A stretch of 63,076 bases of DNA, the filler included. It is 5 parts of 5 records of this genome, joined end to end, with 100 filler letters (N's around TTAATTAATTAA, not from the genome) between each part and the next. Parts side by side here need not be neighbours in the genome. Positions count along the whole stretch, not along the records: positions 1 to 18,144 come from DRR723986_6997; 4 more parts are not named here. One strand, 5' to 3'. The position numbers and the translations under genes are program-made. Positions 1 to 9,400 of the stretch are shown here, one piece after another (position 1 is the first letter of the stretch; every line of letters starts with the position of its first letter). The notes under the pieces were generated by a model. That model saw only the letters and a list, made by a program, of their open reading frames with translations, was not told where the DNA came from and made no database searches.

Positions 1-1
1 C

Positions 2-163
2 AGCGGCACAGTATTCGAGATAAGTGCGATCAGTCTGCCCGCCACCCCGGCTCAGGCCTGGATCGTATTCGAAATAACCCGTCCACAACACGAAGTACAC
101 CTGAAGTCTCAGGATCTTCTCTCGCTATTGGCTTTTGATTTGACAAATGCAGACGAGCATTAA
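2..163 (+). CDS. Possible 3' end of a hypothetical protein truncated by the window start
   Basis: Frame 2 is open from base 2 to TAA at 161-163 (SGTVFEISAISLPATPAQAWIVFEIT...DEH*); no recognisable family. Confidence 0.3.
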   Translation, partial: SGTVFEISAISLPATPAQAWIVFEITRPQHEVHLKSQDLLSLLAFDLTNADEH

Positions 164-644
164 ATGACTGGCTGTCGCAGACACAAGGACTAACAAAAAG
201 AAAAATGTAAGCCGCTCACCAAAGGTGAAGGCGAAACGCTCTGAGACGCATGCCCCAAGACCAAATACTACGCAAACGCAACAATTCACTACGCACAAGC
301 CGCCGCAGACCAAGAACATTCGGGAAAGATTGGCAATTAAGACATAAACCAGTCTAAGTAGTTCTACGTAATTTAGATGTTAAAACACCAGTTTTGATGC
401 GCACTCAGGCCACTCTTTAACCCATTCCAGAAATTGCAATCAGTATTTTTACTGATAATCCGAATGCCCACAACCACTACTACACCAATTGTTCAAAATT
501 GTAGTATAAAAGCGACAAGTGCGATGTTTTAGATTTGTACATCAACAAATAAGTGACGGCCCGGAGTGCCCCAGCTGAGAATATCGGCGGACAACTGCCC
601 GAGCAAATGTCAAGGCCATTTGGCTGACGTTCCAAGGTGATGAG

Positions 645-1043
645 ATGAAGTTCCAAGTATTCTACCAAGTTTGCTGCCTGGCTTTTATGCTGGCCCTTAA
701 TGTTTACACATTCCTGATTCTGCCTGCCGGCGACACCGATGTGGCAGCTGCGTCGGACGCTATTGATCCAAATTTTGTGCTTTACTCCACACCGATTGGC
801 AGTTTGAACGCCTTTTCCGGAGTTTCGGCACTTCCACAAACATTTAAGCCGCAGGCCCCAACCGCCAATACAAACCAAAGCTCACATAAGCTGAGCGACG
901 CAGACGCCCGGAAGCCACGTCAAAAATTAACAGCTTCGCGTGCACAAATGCGATTGGATTCCAGCAAAGTGAAAAGCTTTTTTACTGAATCCGAGCTGGA
1001 GCGTAATGCCTGTTCTTCGTATCAACAACTTGCCGACAAATAA
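645..1043 (+). CDS. Hypothetical protein with an N-terminal hydrophobic (signal/TM) segment
   Basis: 132-aa ATG ORF; hydrophobic N-terminus (VCCLAFMLALNVYTFLILP) followed by polar low-complexity sequence. Confidence 0.45.
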   Translation: MKFQVFYQVCCLAFMLALNVYTFLILPAGDTDVAAASDAIDPNFVLYSTPIGSLNAFSGVSALPQTFKPQAPTANTNQSSHKLSDADARKPRQKLTASRAQMRLDSSKVKSFFTESELERNACSSYQQLADK

Positions 1044-1285
1044 TAAAATGCGCTAAGGATTAAAACAGCACCAACATTGTACGGGCTGGTCTGTATGTTA
1101 CAACAAGCCTGCCAATGCGGCGACTGTTAAAAATGCAGACATTGATTGCTCCGGCAATATTTGACGTCAGGAATGTGGCATTTTGATCAATCGTATCAAA
1201 GCGTATCGGGACTGGATACGTTTAGAATTGTGCGGAAATTGAAAACAATTGCAGCGGTGGCCGGGCATCAAACATAGATTCAAGC

Positions 1286-1362
1286 TTGCGGCAGTATCCA
1301 AGCGGATACCTCCGTCTCCTTCCTGAACCTCGAACGTCCCCAAGCCGCTCGGGGTTTTCAGG
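1286..1362. repeat. Structured intergenic element, copy A (candidate ncRNA or REP-like element)
   Basis: Aligns with 18036-18109: TTGCGG-NN-GTATC...ATAC-YT-CCGTCTC...CCYG...CCCC-loop-GGGGTTTTCRGG; two stem-loops. Confidence 0.55.
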
Positions 1363-1462
1363 CTTAAACACCTTCCCTAGTTTAAACATTTACTATACCT
1401 ATCCCGCATCTATGCCTCTGCAGTTGAAGTACAGCGCAGCTTAATGTTTAATATTTGAATGA

Positions 1463-3178
1463 TCAGACGTTCTCCCACAAGCTGTGAGTCACGTCGGGAA
1501 TCGACCAAATCGTCTTGTGCGCCTGATTATCGGCTTCACTGTTGGCATCATTGTTGTTTTCAGTGTTAACTTCACCGTTAACTTCACCGTTAACTTCTGT
1601 GTTAAACCCCGCTTGCGTGTCGATTTTACCGTTCGCTGCAACATTCAGTTCAATTATCGACTCAACGCGGTGGCCGTTGACGGCGTAGTCGCGGTGATCA
1701 TTTGAATTTAGCGTTGCACGAATCAGGTGTGTCCCGGGCTTAAGTGTCGGCAGGTGGAACCACTCCGAATAAACACGGCCAACTTTGCGCTTATTGTGAT
1801 AGAGATGCACGTGGCCCTGCCCATCAACATGTGTACCATCGGCGGCTTGTGGCGCAAAACGGAAGTTTTTGACTTGCAGATTGAGCGTCAGTCCCAATGA
1901 GTTATTCTGAACAACTTCAAGTTTGAGACTTGGTGGTGCAGCCGGGTTGGCACTTTCAACAATCGGATGCTGCATGTGCATGACCTGTTCCTCAGCTACG
2001 GCTCCAGATTCAGCGCCAGTTTCAGCGCCAGTTTCAGCGCCTTTCAGCTGTGCCTGATGCGACATTTTACCATTGAGATAGGCCGTCTGGGCACTGTTGG
2101 CATAGGGCACAATCATGAGTGCCAGTAAGAGTGCGAAGTTAAACGCGGCAAAGAGGACACGCTGCAAGGGCTTTTGATGAAAAGTATAAGGCGCGGAATA
2201 ACGTTTGCCCGGACCTTCAATCAGCAGGACAATCAGCGCGGCATGAATCAGCGTGTGCCCAATAATTTCGAGCTTGCCAAAAGTCAGTGTTGTCATAAAA
2301 AACACAAAAGTAATCAACAGCGAAACCGGGCGCTGCATTAAACCGATGATCAGTAAATACCCAAGACTAAATTCAACGAATGCCGAACCCGTCAGGAAAA
2401 ACTGAGCGTCAAATCCCATCGTCAGATGGGGCTGCGTCGCCAGAACCGATAAACCCCATTCCGGGTAAATGATCTTCTCCAGCGCCACCCAGCAGAGCGA
2501 AAATCCCAGTGTAAAATAGAGTGCCGGCAAAGCCACAGACTGCACAGTCTGATTGCGCACGTCGCCCAACGACAGATATATTCCCACACCGGCATACAGC
2601 AAATAGTCGAGCATATGCAGAATGCCAAACTCTGCGATTCCAAAACTATAAAGCAGAACCAGGCCGGCGCCCGCAATTGGTGTAGTGCGGCGCAGGAGCA
2701 GCAGGAAGGCCAGACCAAACTGACACCAGCCGATCCATTCCGCAGCATAATCCAGCTCCGGCACGAGCATCGCATTCGCCTGCCAGGAGAGCAGCATCAC
2801 CGCGCCCAGGCCCACGCGCATCACAATCTGACTATTCGCGCGGTGTCCCTCCAGCCAGGCATCCATCCGCTGCATCAGGCCAACTTTTTGCAGGCGATAG
2901 TCCACGAGTGTTAAACCCGCCATCGCCAGCATTGAAAAAATTGCCAGAGCCAGGAACGTCTGCGTCAGTGCTTCTTCAAGTGTCAACGGCCGGTCAGCAA
3001 AACTAAACTCGCTGTACCATTTAACATGTGCATAGGCTGTACGCGTGGCGCACAAAAGCGTTAGAATCAATAGACTACAGCGGCAAAGTAAACGTAGTGC
3101 CTTTTGAGAACCACTACCATTTCCGGCCGCGTGGTTAACAGCAGGGCCGGTGCGCGGGTTTTCTCCCGAACGTATCAT
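1463..3178 (-). CDS. DoxX-like multi-pass membrane protein fused to a C-terminal His-rich putative metal-binding domain
   Basis: Signal-like segment ending AYA|HVKWY; about 10 hydrophobic helices; motifs W.ALEK..YP.W and E.IGH..IH; C-terminal MHMQH, GQGHVHLY, HLP.L.PGTH, LNSNDH. Start placed at ATG 3178 (track opens at TTG 3229). Confidence 0.75.
   Translation of the reverse strand: MIRSGENPRTGPAVNHAAGNGSGSQKALRLLCRCSLLILTLLCATRTAYAHVKWYSEFSFADRPLTLEEALTQTFLALAIFSMLAMAGLTLVDYRLQKVGLMQRMDAWLEGHRANSQIVMRVGLGAVMLLSWQANAMLVPELDYAAEWIGWCQFGLAFLLLLRRTTPIAGAGLVLLYSFGIAEFGILHMLDYLLYAGVGIYLSLGDVRNQTVQSVALPALYFTLGFSLCWVALEKIIYPEWGLSVLATQPHLTMGFDAQFFLTGSAFVEFSLGYLLIIGLMQRPVSLLITFVFFMTTLTFGKLEIIGHTLIHAALIVLLIEGPGKRYSAPYTFHQKPLQRVLFAAFNFALLLALMIVPYANSAQTAYLNGKMSHQAQLKGAETGAETGAESGAVAEEQVMHMQHPIVESANPAAPPSLKLEVVQNNSLGLTLNLQVKNFRFAPQAADGTHVDGQGHVHLYHNKRKVGRVYSEWFHLPTLKPGTHLIRATLNSNDHRDYAVNGHRVESIIELNVAANGKIDTQAGFNTEVNGEVNGEVNTENNNDANSEADNQAHKTIWSIPDVTHSLWENV
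1565..1597. repeat. 12-bp in-frame tandem repeat (GTTAACTTCACC x~2.8), encoding EVNG repeats
   Basis: Directly visible. Confidence 0.85.
2009..2041. repeat. 12-bp in-frame tandem repeat (TTCAGCGCCAGT x~2.8), encoding a GAET linker
   Basis: Directly visible. Confidence 0.85.
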
Positions 3179-3465
3179 GTTTGTCTCGAAAATAACTTCT
3201 ATCAGTCTGCGGAGAGTTCGTCTGCACAAGCAGGCACATAGCTATGGCAGACCTGCAAATTACGCCCAATTTTTTACAAATGCACTAGGTTTCAATTGCG
3301 CATTTGCACAGCTGTCATGAGAGCATATTCTGCCTGCCCCAAAGCTATTGCCGGTCGCTGTTGTATTAATTGAATCCCTTGCCTCTGCATCTGTGATCTG
3401 CAATCAGCAACTGTTATTGCCCCTGCGCATTAGGCCCGTGCCCAGTCCAAATATCATAGTAGTTG

Positions 3466-3473
3466 TATATTTG
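3466..3473 (+). promoter_or_regulatory. Bacteroidota-type sigma70 -7 element (TAnnTTTG)
   Basis: TATATTTG followed by CG, about 60 nt upstream of the TPR-LuxR start. Confidence 0.55.
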
Positions 3474-3532
3474 CGACTGCGCGTAGCGTCGAAAAAGAAA
3501 GTCATCTATGGCACATAGTTGGGTACAATCAA

Positions 3533-5797
3533 TTGTCGCAAGCCCCCCAGGCATTGGAACATATTTTAGCTGATTTGACGGAAATAGTTGGCTCCAATCC
3601 TCTTGAAGTTCGCAGAAAATGCAGTCAGATCATTCAGGAAACTATTCTGGATGCGGCGGACGCTGAGGAAAATGGGATTCAGGCCAAGGCTACAGAGAAT
3701 CTAGCCCGTCTGTTTCTGCTGGCGGCCGACGCCTCCAATAAAATTGGCAGGCAAGAAGAGGCCTTGCGCTACGCGCAGCAGGCATTGACGGATGCGCAGT
3801 ATCTGCAACATGCGGGACTGATGGCGGAAGCACTCCTTCTGGTTTGTGCCTGCGGCACTATGGGCGAGTCCAAAAACGAAAAATCAGACGCATTACAACA
3901 GCTGCGGCAGTTGGCAGGTGCTGAGAAATCAGCGGAACTGACTATTCGAGTTGACCTTGCTGAAGCGCAGACCCGGCTTGAGATGGAAGATGGACCTGCA
4001 CTCACTACGCTACTGTCTGCTGTTTCTGCGCGTGTTTCCGAAGAGTCGCCAATTCTGCTCCGTGCTGATCTAGCCAAGTTAGAGAGCGGGCTGATGCAAC
4101 TCAACGGCAAAATGGAAGAAGCCTACGTTCGAAACGAAGAGGCTTTTGACCTGTATGGTGAATGCGGCGAAACTGCCTTGCAGGCCACCAGACACTTGCA
4201 GCGCAGCGTCCTGCTAATGAGTCAGGGAAAGCTACAGGAGGCTCTGGTTGAGGGCAAAAAAGTCCAGACTACATTTGAGGTACTGGGAAATCGCGAGCGC
4301 TACGCCAGTATCACTATGATCCTGGGATTATGCGAATCCTATGCCGGCAGGCTGGATTCGGCAATGCAGCACTATGAAACCAGTCGCGAGATTCTGCAAG
4401 ACACGGACAATCACTTTGAACTGGCAAGTTGCCTGTCCAACATCGCGGAAATTCACAACTCACGCGGTGAGCATGGACGCGCTCTTCTGACAGCTTTTGA
4501 CGGACTGGATCTGCTGCGCAAACACATGGGGGCAAATACTGCCAGGCAAGAAATTGCACTGCATCACATTGGAACTGCCTACCTGCATTTGGGCGACTAT
4601 GAGCAATCGCTTAAGTATCTGCTTGAGGCTGTCGAGATTCTTGAAACGCGCAATAAAAAGGGCCCTCTAATCAAGATTTTCGGCCTGGTGGGCAAGCTGT
4701 ACAGCACGATTGGCGATTTTACACGAGCTGAAGAATTTCAACGCCGTAGCCTGGCCCTCCTGCAGGACTATGACAATCCATACTGGCAGCGAGAAATATT
4801 CTCCAATCTGGCCTTCCTGGCTATCGGACGCAACGACTTCGAAGCAGCCGACACCTACTTTATTCAAGCGCTGCAAACAAGTGACATCGAACCCGATCCG
4901 CGTCAAATTGCGGGTATCTTCAATGGCCAGGCGGCCGTGCGACGCAGTCAAAACCTCCCCGACGCGGCTCTAGCGCTACACAAAAGTGCCTTAAAAGCTC
5001 AAGACGATGCAGGCGCACTAGGTGGACAGGTGCAAACCTTGAAACTAATGGGCGAACTTCTGATAGACATTGACAGCTCAGCTGCACTGGACTGTTTAAA
5101 CAGTGCCCTCACGCTGGCAAAAAAACACGAACAGCAGGCACATGTACCCGACATCCATCAGGAACTGGCTAAGGCACATGCGGCGGCCGGAGACTTTCAG
5201 AATGCATTTGAGCATCAACAAGTTTTCATAGCTACACAGCAGAAGCAGCAGGACGAGCGCAGTAAACAGCGCCTGGACAATCTGCGCGTCTTGCATGAGG
5301 TTCAGGAAGCACGCCACGCCTCGCTGACATTGCAAGCACGAAACCAATATCTGGCAGCCGAGCTGGCTGAGCGCGAGCGCGAGTTGACGAGCAAAGCTTT
5401 GTTTATTTCCAACAAAAATGACCTGCTGGGAAAACTGCAGGCCGACCTGGAACGATCGCTCAATGCACCACCGCATGAACTTAAACAACACGTTAACAGT
5501 ATAATGCAGTCAGTGCGCGCGGTAATTAACAACGGTGACGATTGGGTGCAGTTTGATGAACGCGTTGAGAATGTGCACCAGAATTTCCTGAATTCAGTGT
5601 CAAAGAAATACCCTAAGATGACTCCGACGGAATTGCGAGTCTGTTCACTCATTCGGCTCAATTGCACAACCAAAGATATTGCGCGGATCATGAATGTTTC
5701 ACCACGCACGGCTGAGATGTACCGCTACCGAATTCGCCGCAAGATGACCTTGTCAACCAGTGACAATCTACAGTCAATGCTGTCTGCTCTGGGCTAA
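3533..5797 (+). CDS. TPR-repeat transcriptional regulator with C-terminal LuxR-type HTH (paralog 1)
   Basis: Multiple TPR-like repeats (e.g. LHHIGTAYLHLGDYEQSLKYLLEA), coiled coil RERELTSKAL, C-terminal TPTELRVCSLIRLNCTTKDIARIMNVSPRTAEMYRYRIRRK; TTG start; no TM segment seen. Confidence 0.9.
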   Translation: MSQAPQALEHILADLTEIVGSNPLEVRRKCSQIIQETILDAADAEENGIQAKATENLARLFLLAADASNKIGRQEEALRYAQQALTDAQYLQHAGLMAEALLLVCACGTMGESKNEKSDALQQLRQLAGAEKSAELTIRVDLAEAQTRLEMEDGPALTTLLSAVSARVSEESPILLRADLAKLESGLMQLNGKMEEAYVRNEEAFDLYGECGETALQATRHLQRSVLLMSQGKLQEALVEGKKVQTTFEVLGNRERYASITMILGLCESYAGRLDSAMQHYETSREILQDTDNHFELASCLSNIAEIHNSRGEHGRALLTAFDGLDLLRKHMGANTARQEIALHHIGTAYLHLGDYEQSLKYLLEAVEILETRNKKGPLIKIFGLVGKLYSTIGDFTRAEEFQRRSLALLQDYDNPYWQREIFSNLAFLAIGRNDFEAADTYFIQALQTSDIEPDPRQIAGIFNGQAAVRRSQNLPDAALALHKSALKAQDDAGALGGQVQTLKLMGELLIDIDSSAALDCLNSALTLAKKHEQQAHVPDIHQELAKAHAAAGDFQNAFEHQQVFIATQQKQQDERSKQRLDNLRVLHEVQEARHASLTLQARNQYLAAELAERERELTSKALFISNKNDLLGKLQADLERSLNAPPHELKQHVNSIMQSVRAVINNGDDWVQFDERVENVHQNFLNSVSKKYPKMTPTELRVCSLIRLNCTTKDIARIMNVSPRTAEMYRYRIRRKMTLSTSDNLQSMLSALG

Positions 5798-6079
5798 TTG
5801 TTTCCAGGTCGATTTTAGGGTGCACATACACTTGCTTCTCCCATCTATTTTTACACTAACCAGCTTGAGAGTTTTAGCAAGAAGGTTTTTGCTTACGAGA
5901 TTCTGGGCTGACGACACAATGCCAAACAAGAAACTCTGTAAAAAGAGACACCAGCGAGCGGGAGTGAGCAGAATTCAGCAAGGTCAACTGACGACACAGC
6001 ACCAAACTTCAAACGCTGACTCCCAGGAAATGAAAGTCATTTTTTGTCCAAAATCGCCGAATTTTGCTTAATCGTAGTT

Positions 6080-6099
6080 TTGTAGGGGTGGTACTACAA
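6080..6099. promoter_or_regulatory. Candidate operator: inverted repeat TTGTAG-N8-CTACAA
   Basis: Perfect 6-8-6 inverted repeat in the 690-bp gap between the regulator and the giant gene; extra GTAG at 6074. Confidence 0.4.
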
Positions 6100-6221
6100 C
6101 AGGGCGACACAAGCTGCTATCTTCCTATTTTTCAACACCTTAAGGCATCATTACACCAGCCGGGTACGAGCACTGTGACACGCACGGCAGGAAATTGATT
6201 GAGCACAGGCCCAGCAGTCGA

Positions 6222-6229
6222 TAGATTTG
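6222..6229 (+). promoter_or_regulatory. Possible Bacteroidota-type -7 element (TAGATTTG); a second copy lies at 6272-6279
   Basis: Matches TAnnTTTG upstream of 6488. Confidence 0.4.
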
Positions 6230-6487
6230 TTTTGCCGGGACAGCCGAAGTTCAGGCACGTCAAAGGCGATCTAGATTTGACCAAGGAAATATAGGCTTCC
6301 AGTCGTTAATTGGTGCAGATAGGAGTTCCGCTCCGATTAACATCCAGGTCCAGCAAAACACATTTTTTCATCAGGCCAGAGTTTGTCACAAGCTGATTCA
6401 GCAGAATCGGCCAGAGATGCGTATGCCCGCATTTTAACCGAACCATAGACAAAACGTCACGGTCTTTTCCACAGGGGATGTCTCGCT

Positions 6488-9400
6488 ATGAGTCGAAAGC
6501 GCACACATTCGAAGTTTGATACGCTTAAACGGTATCGCAAATATGTTAAACGCATACATGCAATTCTGTCTGGCACTAATCCAGGCGCTGCAGCAAAGCA
6601 CAAAGTCAGTTTTCTGCAAAAACGTTTAACGCATCTGCAGAAAAAGTTAAATCCACTGGCGTCACCACTTAGGGCTGCGATCCTAAGCGGAATGATGTTA
6701 ACATCGGGGCATTCAGTGTGGGCGCAACCGAAGATTACAGCACTGGCCCCAGCGACAAATGCCAATCTGGTGGTGAGTACAAGTACCATTGCGATAACCT
6801 TTAGTGAATCGATGTCGGCCGCAACAATTGATGCCGACAACATTGTGATTCACGGTTCGCAAACTGGGCTGCGTAGCACCAGGGGCACGTTCAGCGGCAA
6901 TCCGGCGCTGAGTTTTAATCCGGACGACAATTTCTTCCCCAACGAGTTAATTACCGTTTCGATCACAAACGCGCAGGCGACCGGTGGCTCACGGATAAAC
7001 CGAGCTTTGACGTATCAATTCCGGACTGAGGCAATTGGTGGATCGGGAATATTTAGCAAAACGGATTTGAGTTTTACGGATTACGAAGCAGTTGCAGCCG
7101 GCGACCTGGACAACGATGGTGATATTGACTTCGTGCAGGTTTCTGCTAACCTGGGTGGCGACAGAATCTGGCTTAACAATGGTGATGGAACGTACCAGAG
7201 CTCGATATTCGGCAGTACAAGGGCAAGTGACTGCGAGATGGGAGATCTGGACGGCGACGGCGACCTGGATGTAGCCATCGGTGTTTTAGTTGGAGCTAAC
7301 AAAATCTGGTTGAATAATGGCGACGGCACGTTCGTTGCCACAACCTTTGACAACGGCTTAACGTTGGGAATAGACATCGCAGACATGGATGGTGACGGCG
7401 ACCTGGATGTCATCAGTGCCAATAGTGGTGCGCAACCGTCGATTTGGCTCAATGATGGCAGTGCAAACTTAACAAATACGACACATGGAGTTGCATCTTC
7501 GTACAAGTCGGTTGCACATGGAGACATTGATTCAGACGGTGACATTGATCTTGCTTTCGGGCTTGGATATGGTTATTCAAACGTTCTCCTGATTAATAAC
7601 GGTGACGGCTCGTTTGCAACGAAACATTTTGGTTCTACGGGAGATTTCATTCAGGATATTGCCATTGGTGACGTAAACAGTGATGGCAAGCCGGATCTAA
7701 TTCTTGCAAATCTCCTCGGCGACGGTCTCGGCATTTTACTGGGTAATGGTGACGGAACCTTTAGCAGCTCCTTTGTTAATGGGATATTCGCAGAGGGTGT
7801 ATCGCTGGGCGATATCGATGGCGACGGCGATCTGGATGCAATTGCTTCCGGCGGATCCTCCAGTGATACAGAGTTATTCCGTAATAATGGCGACGGAACC
7901 TTCACGCATAGCAGCGTTGAACTTCCCAATACCTATGACGCAGCATTGGCGGACCTGGACGGTGACGGCGATCTGGATGTCATATCTGCGACCAAAGGTT
8001 TTCTCTCACGTATATTAACAAATGAAAATGCATTGCTTGTCCGGCCGGTCGAACCAGGCTACAATGCTGCCGGCGTTGCGTTGGACTCCGACATTGAGTT
8101 GGGCTTTAACATGTTCATGGCTACAACTACGCTGACTGTTAGCCCCTATTCGACGGCCAGCGTGCGTATTTTTGGTTCGCAGACTGGTGAAATTGGAAGT
8201 TCGGCAAGCAGTATCGATTTTGACAATTTTGGCAGGCTGACAACGATTGATCCGGGCGCGGACTTTAAGCCAGGTGAACGCATCAGTGTTTCAGTTACCG
8301 ATGATGTGGTATCCAGCAATGGCACACTGGTAGATGATGGTGCGGTGTTTCAGTTCAGAGCTAAATCGGCATTTGCATCGGGCGACTTCACATTGCAAAG
8401 CGTGTCATTCGGTGCCGGGTTTAGTGGCGCAGTGGGAGATCTTAACGGCGATGGAAATCTTGATGGAATTCTTGGTGGCCTCAACACACAGAAGACAATA
8501 CTGATTGGAAATGGAGACGGAACATTTTCTTCGTCCCTCTTTGGCGCTAGTAATCTTGCACTGGCCGTAGAATTTGGTGACCTTGATGCCGACGGAGATT
8601 TGGATGCAATTTTTGCGATTGGCTCAAACCCACGTGAAATTTGGATTAACAACGGCGATGGAACATTTGCTTCTTCCACCTTTGATGCCGGTGGACACGT
8701 CTCGGATCTTGCGATTGCAGACATGGATGGCGATGGCGATTTGGATGTAGTCTTTTCTGGTTCAAATTTTTCCCCTGAACGAGTTTGGTTAAACAACGGC
8801 GATGCGACTTTTCAGGTAAACACGGTGGGCAGCAATACCACTGCACGGGACGTAGCGATAGCTGACTTTAACCGTGATGGTGCACTGGATTTTGCCACAA
8901 CTACAGACGGCAGCAGTACCATGTATTTCAACAATGGCGATGCGACTTTCAGTAGTGAAGGCTTTGGAGAAATGACTGCACAGTCAATCAACACGGCAGA
9001 TTTTAATGGCGATGGTGTCCTGGATGTTGTCTTCGGTTCACCTGGATCCGGCAATTCGATCTGGTTAAATTCTGGTGGGACTTTTGAAAAACAAGCAACG
9101 GTTTTACCAACCTCCAATGATATCATCACAGGTGATCTGAATGGGGATGGACTGGATGATATCGTCTTTCTGATATCATCCGGTGCAAGGCGTTGGATAA
9201 ACCTGGGCAACGGTCAGTTTGCAGAAACCTTCACCGGCGTTGGCAACGCCTTAGCTGGTGATATGGGCGATTTCAATAACGATGGCCGGCTGGATGTTCT
9301 CATCGCGGCAGTTGGCAACAGTTATGCATTGATAAACACGCCGGCCGGCTTCGCAGTTAATCAGTTCAACCCCAGCAGTGTGGAAGTTTCGGATGCAGCG

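Noticed and set aside
168-347. Open Lys/Arg-rich frame on the + strand, and its 64-aa antisense ORF (125-319)
   Set aside because: No convincing start or family similarity
1286-1450. Resemblance of element A to a group II intron domain V, twister/hammerhead ribozyme or c-di-GMP riboswitch
   Set aside because: Only short word matches; required cores (AY bulge, CUGAUGA/GAAA, GNRA loop with receptor) are missing and are not shared by copy B
5760-6071. 103-aa ORF between the regulator and the giant gene as a candidate signalling peptide
   Set aside because: GTG start overlapping the upstream gene, no signal-peptide pattern, and no counterpart seen beside the paralogs
7081-9300. Regularly spaced DNA repeats (GACGGCGATCTGGAT-like) suggesting a CRISPR-like array
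   Set aside because: Degenerate codons of in-frame FG-GAP protein repeats; no identical repeats, spacers or cas genes
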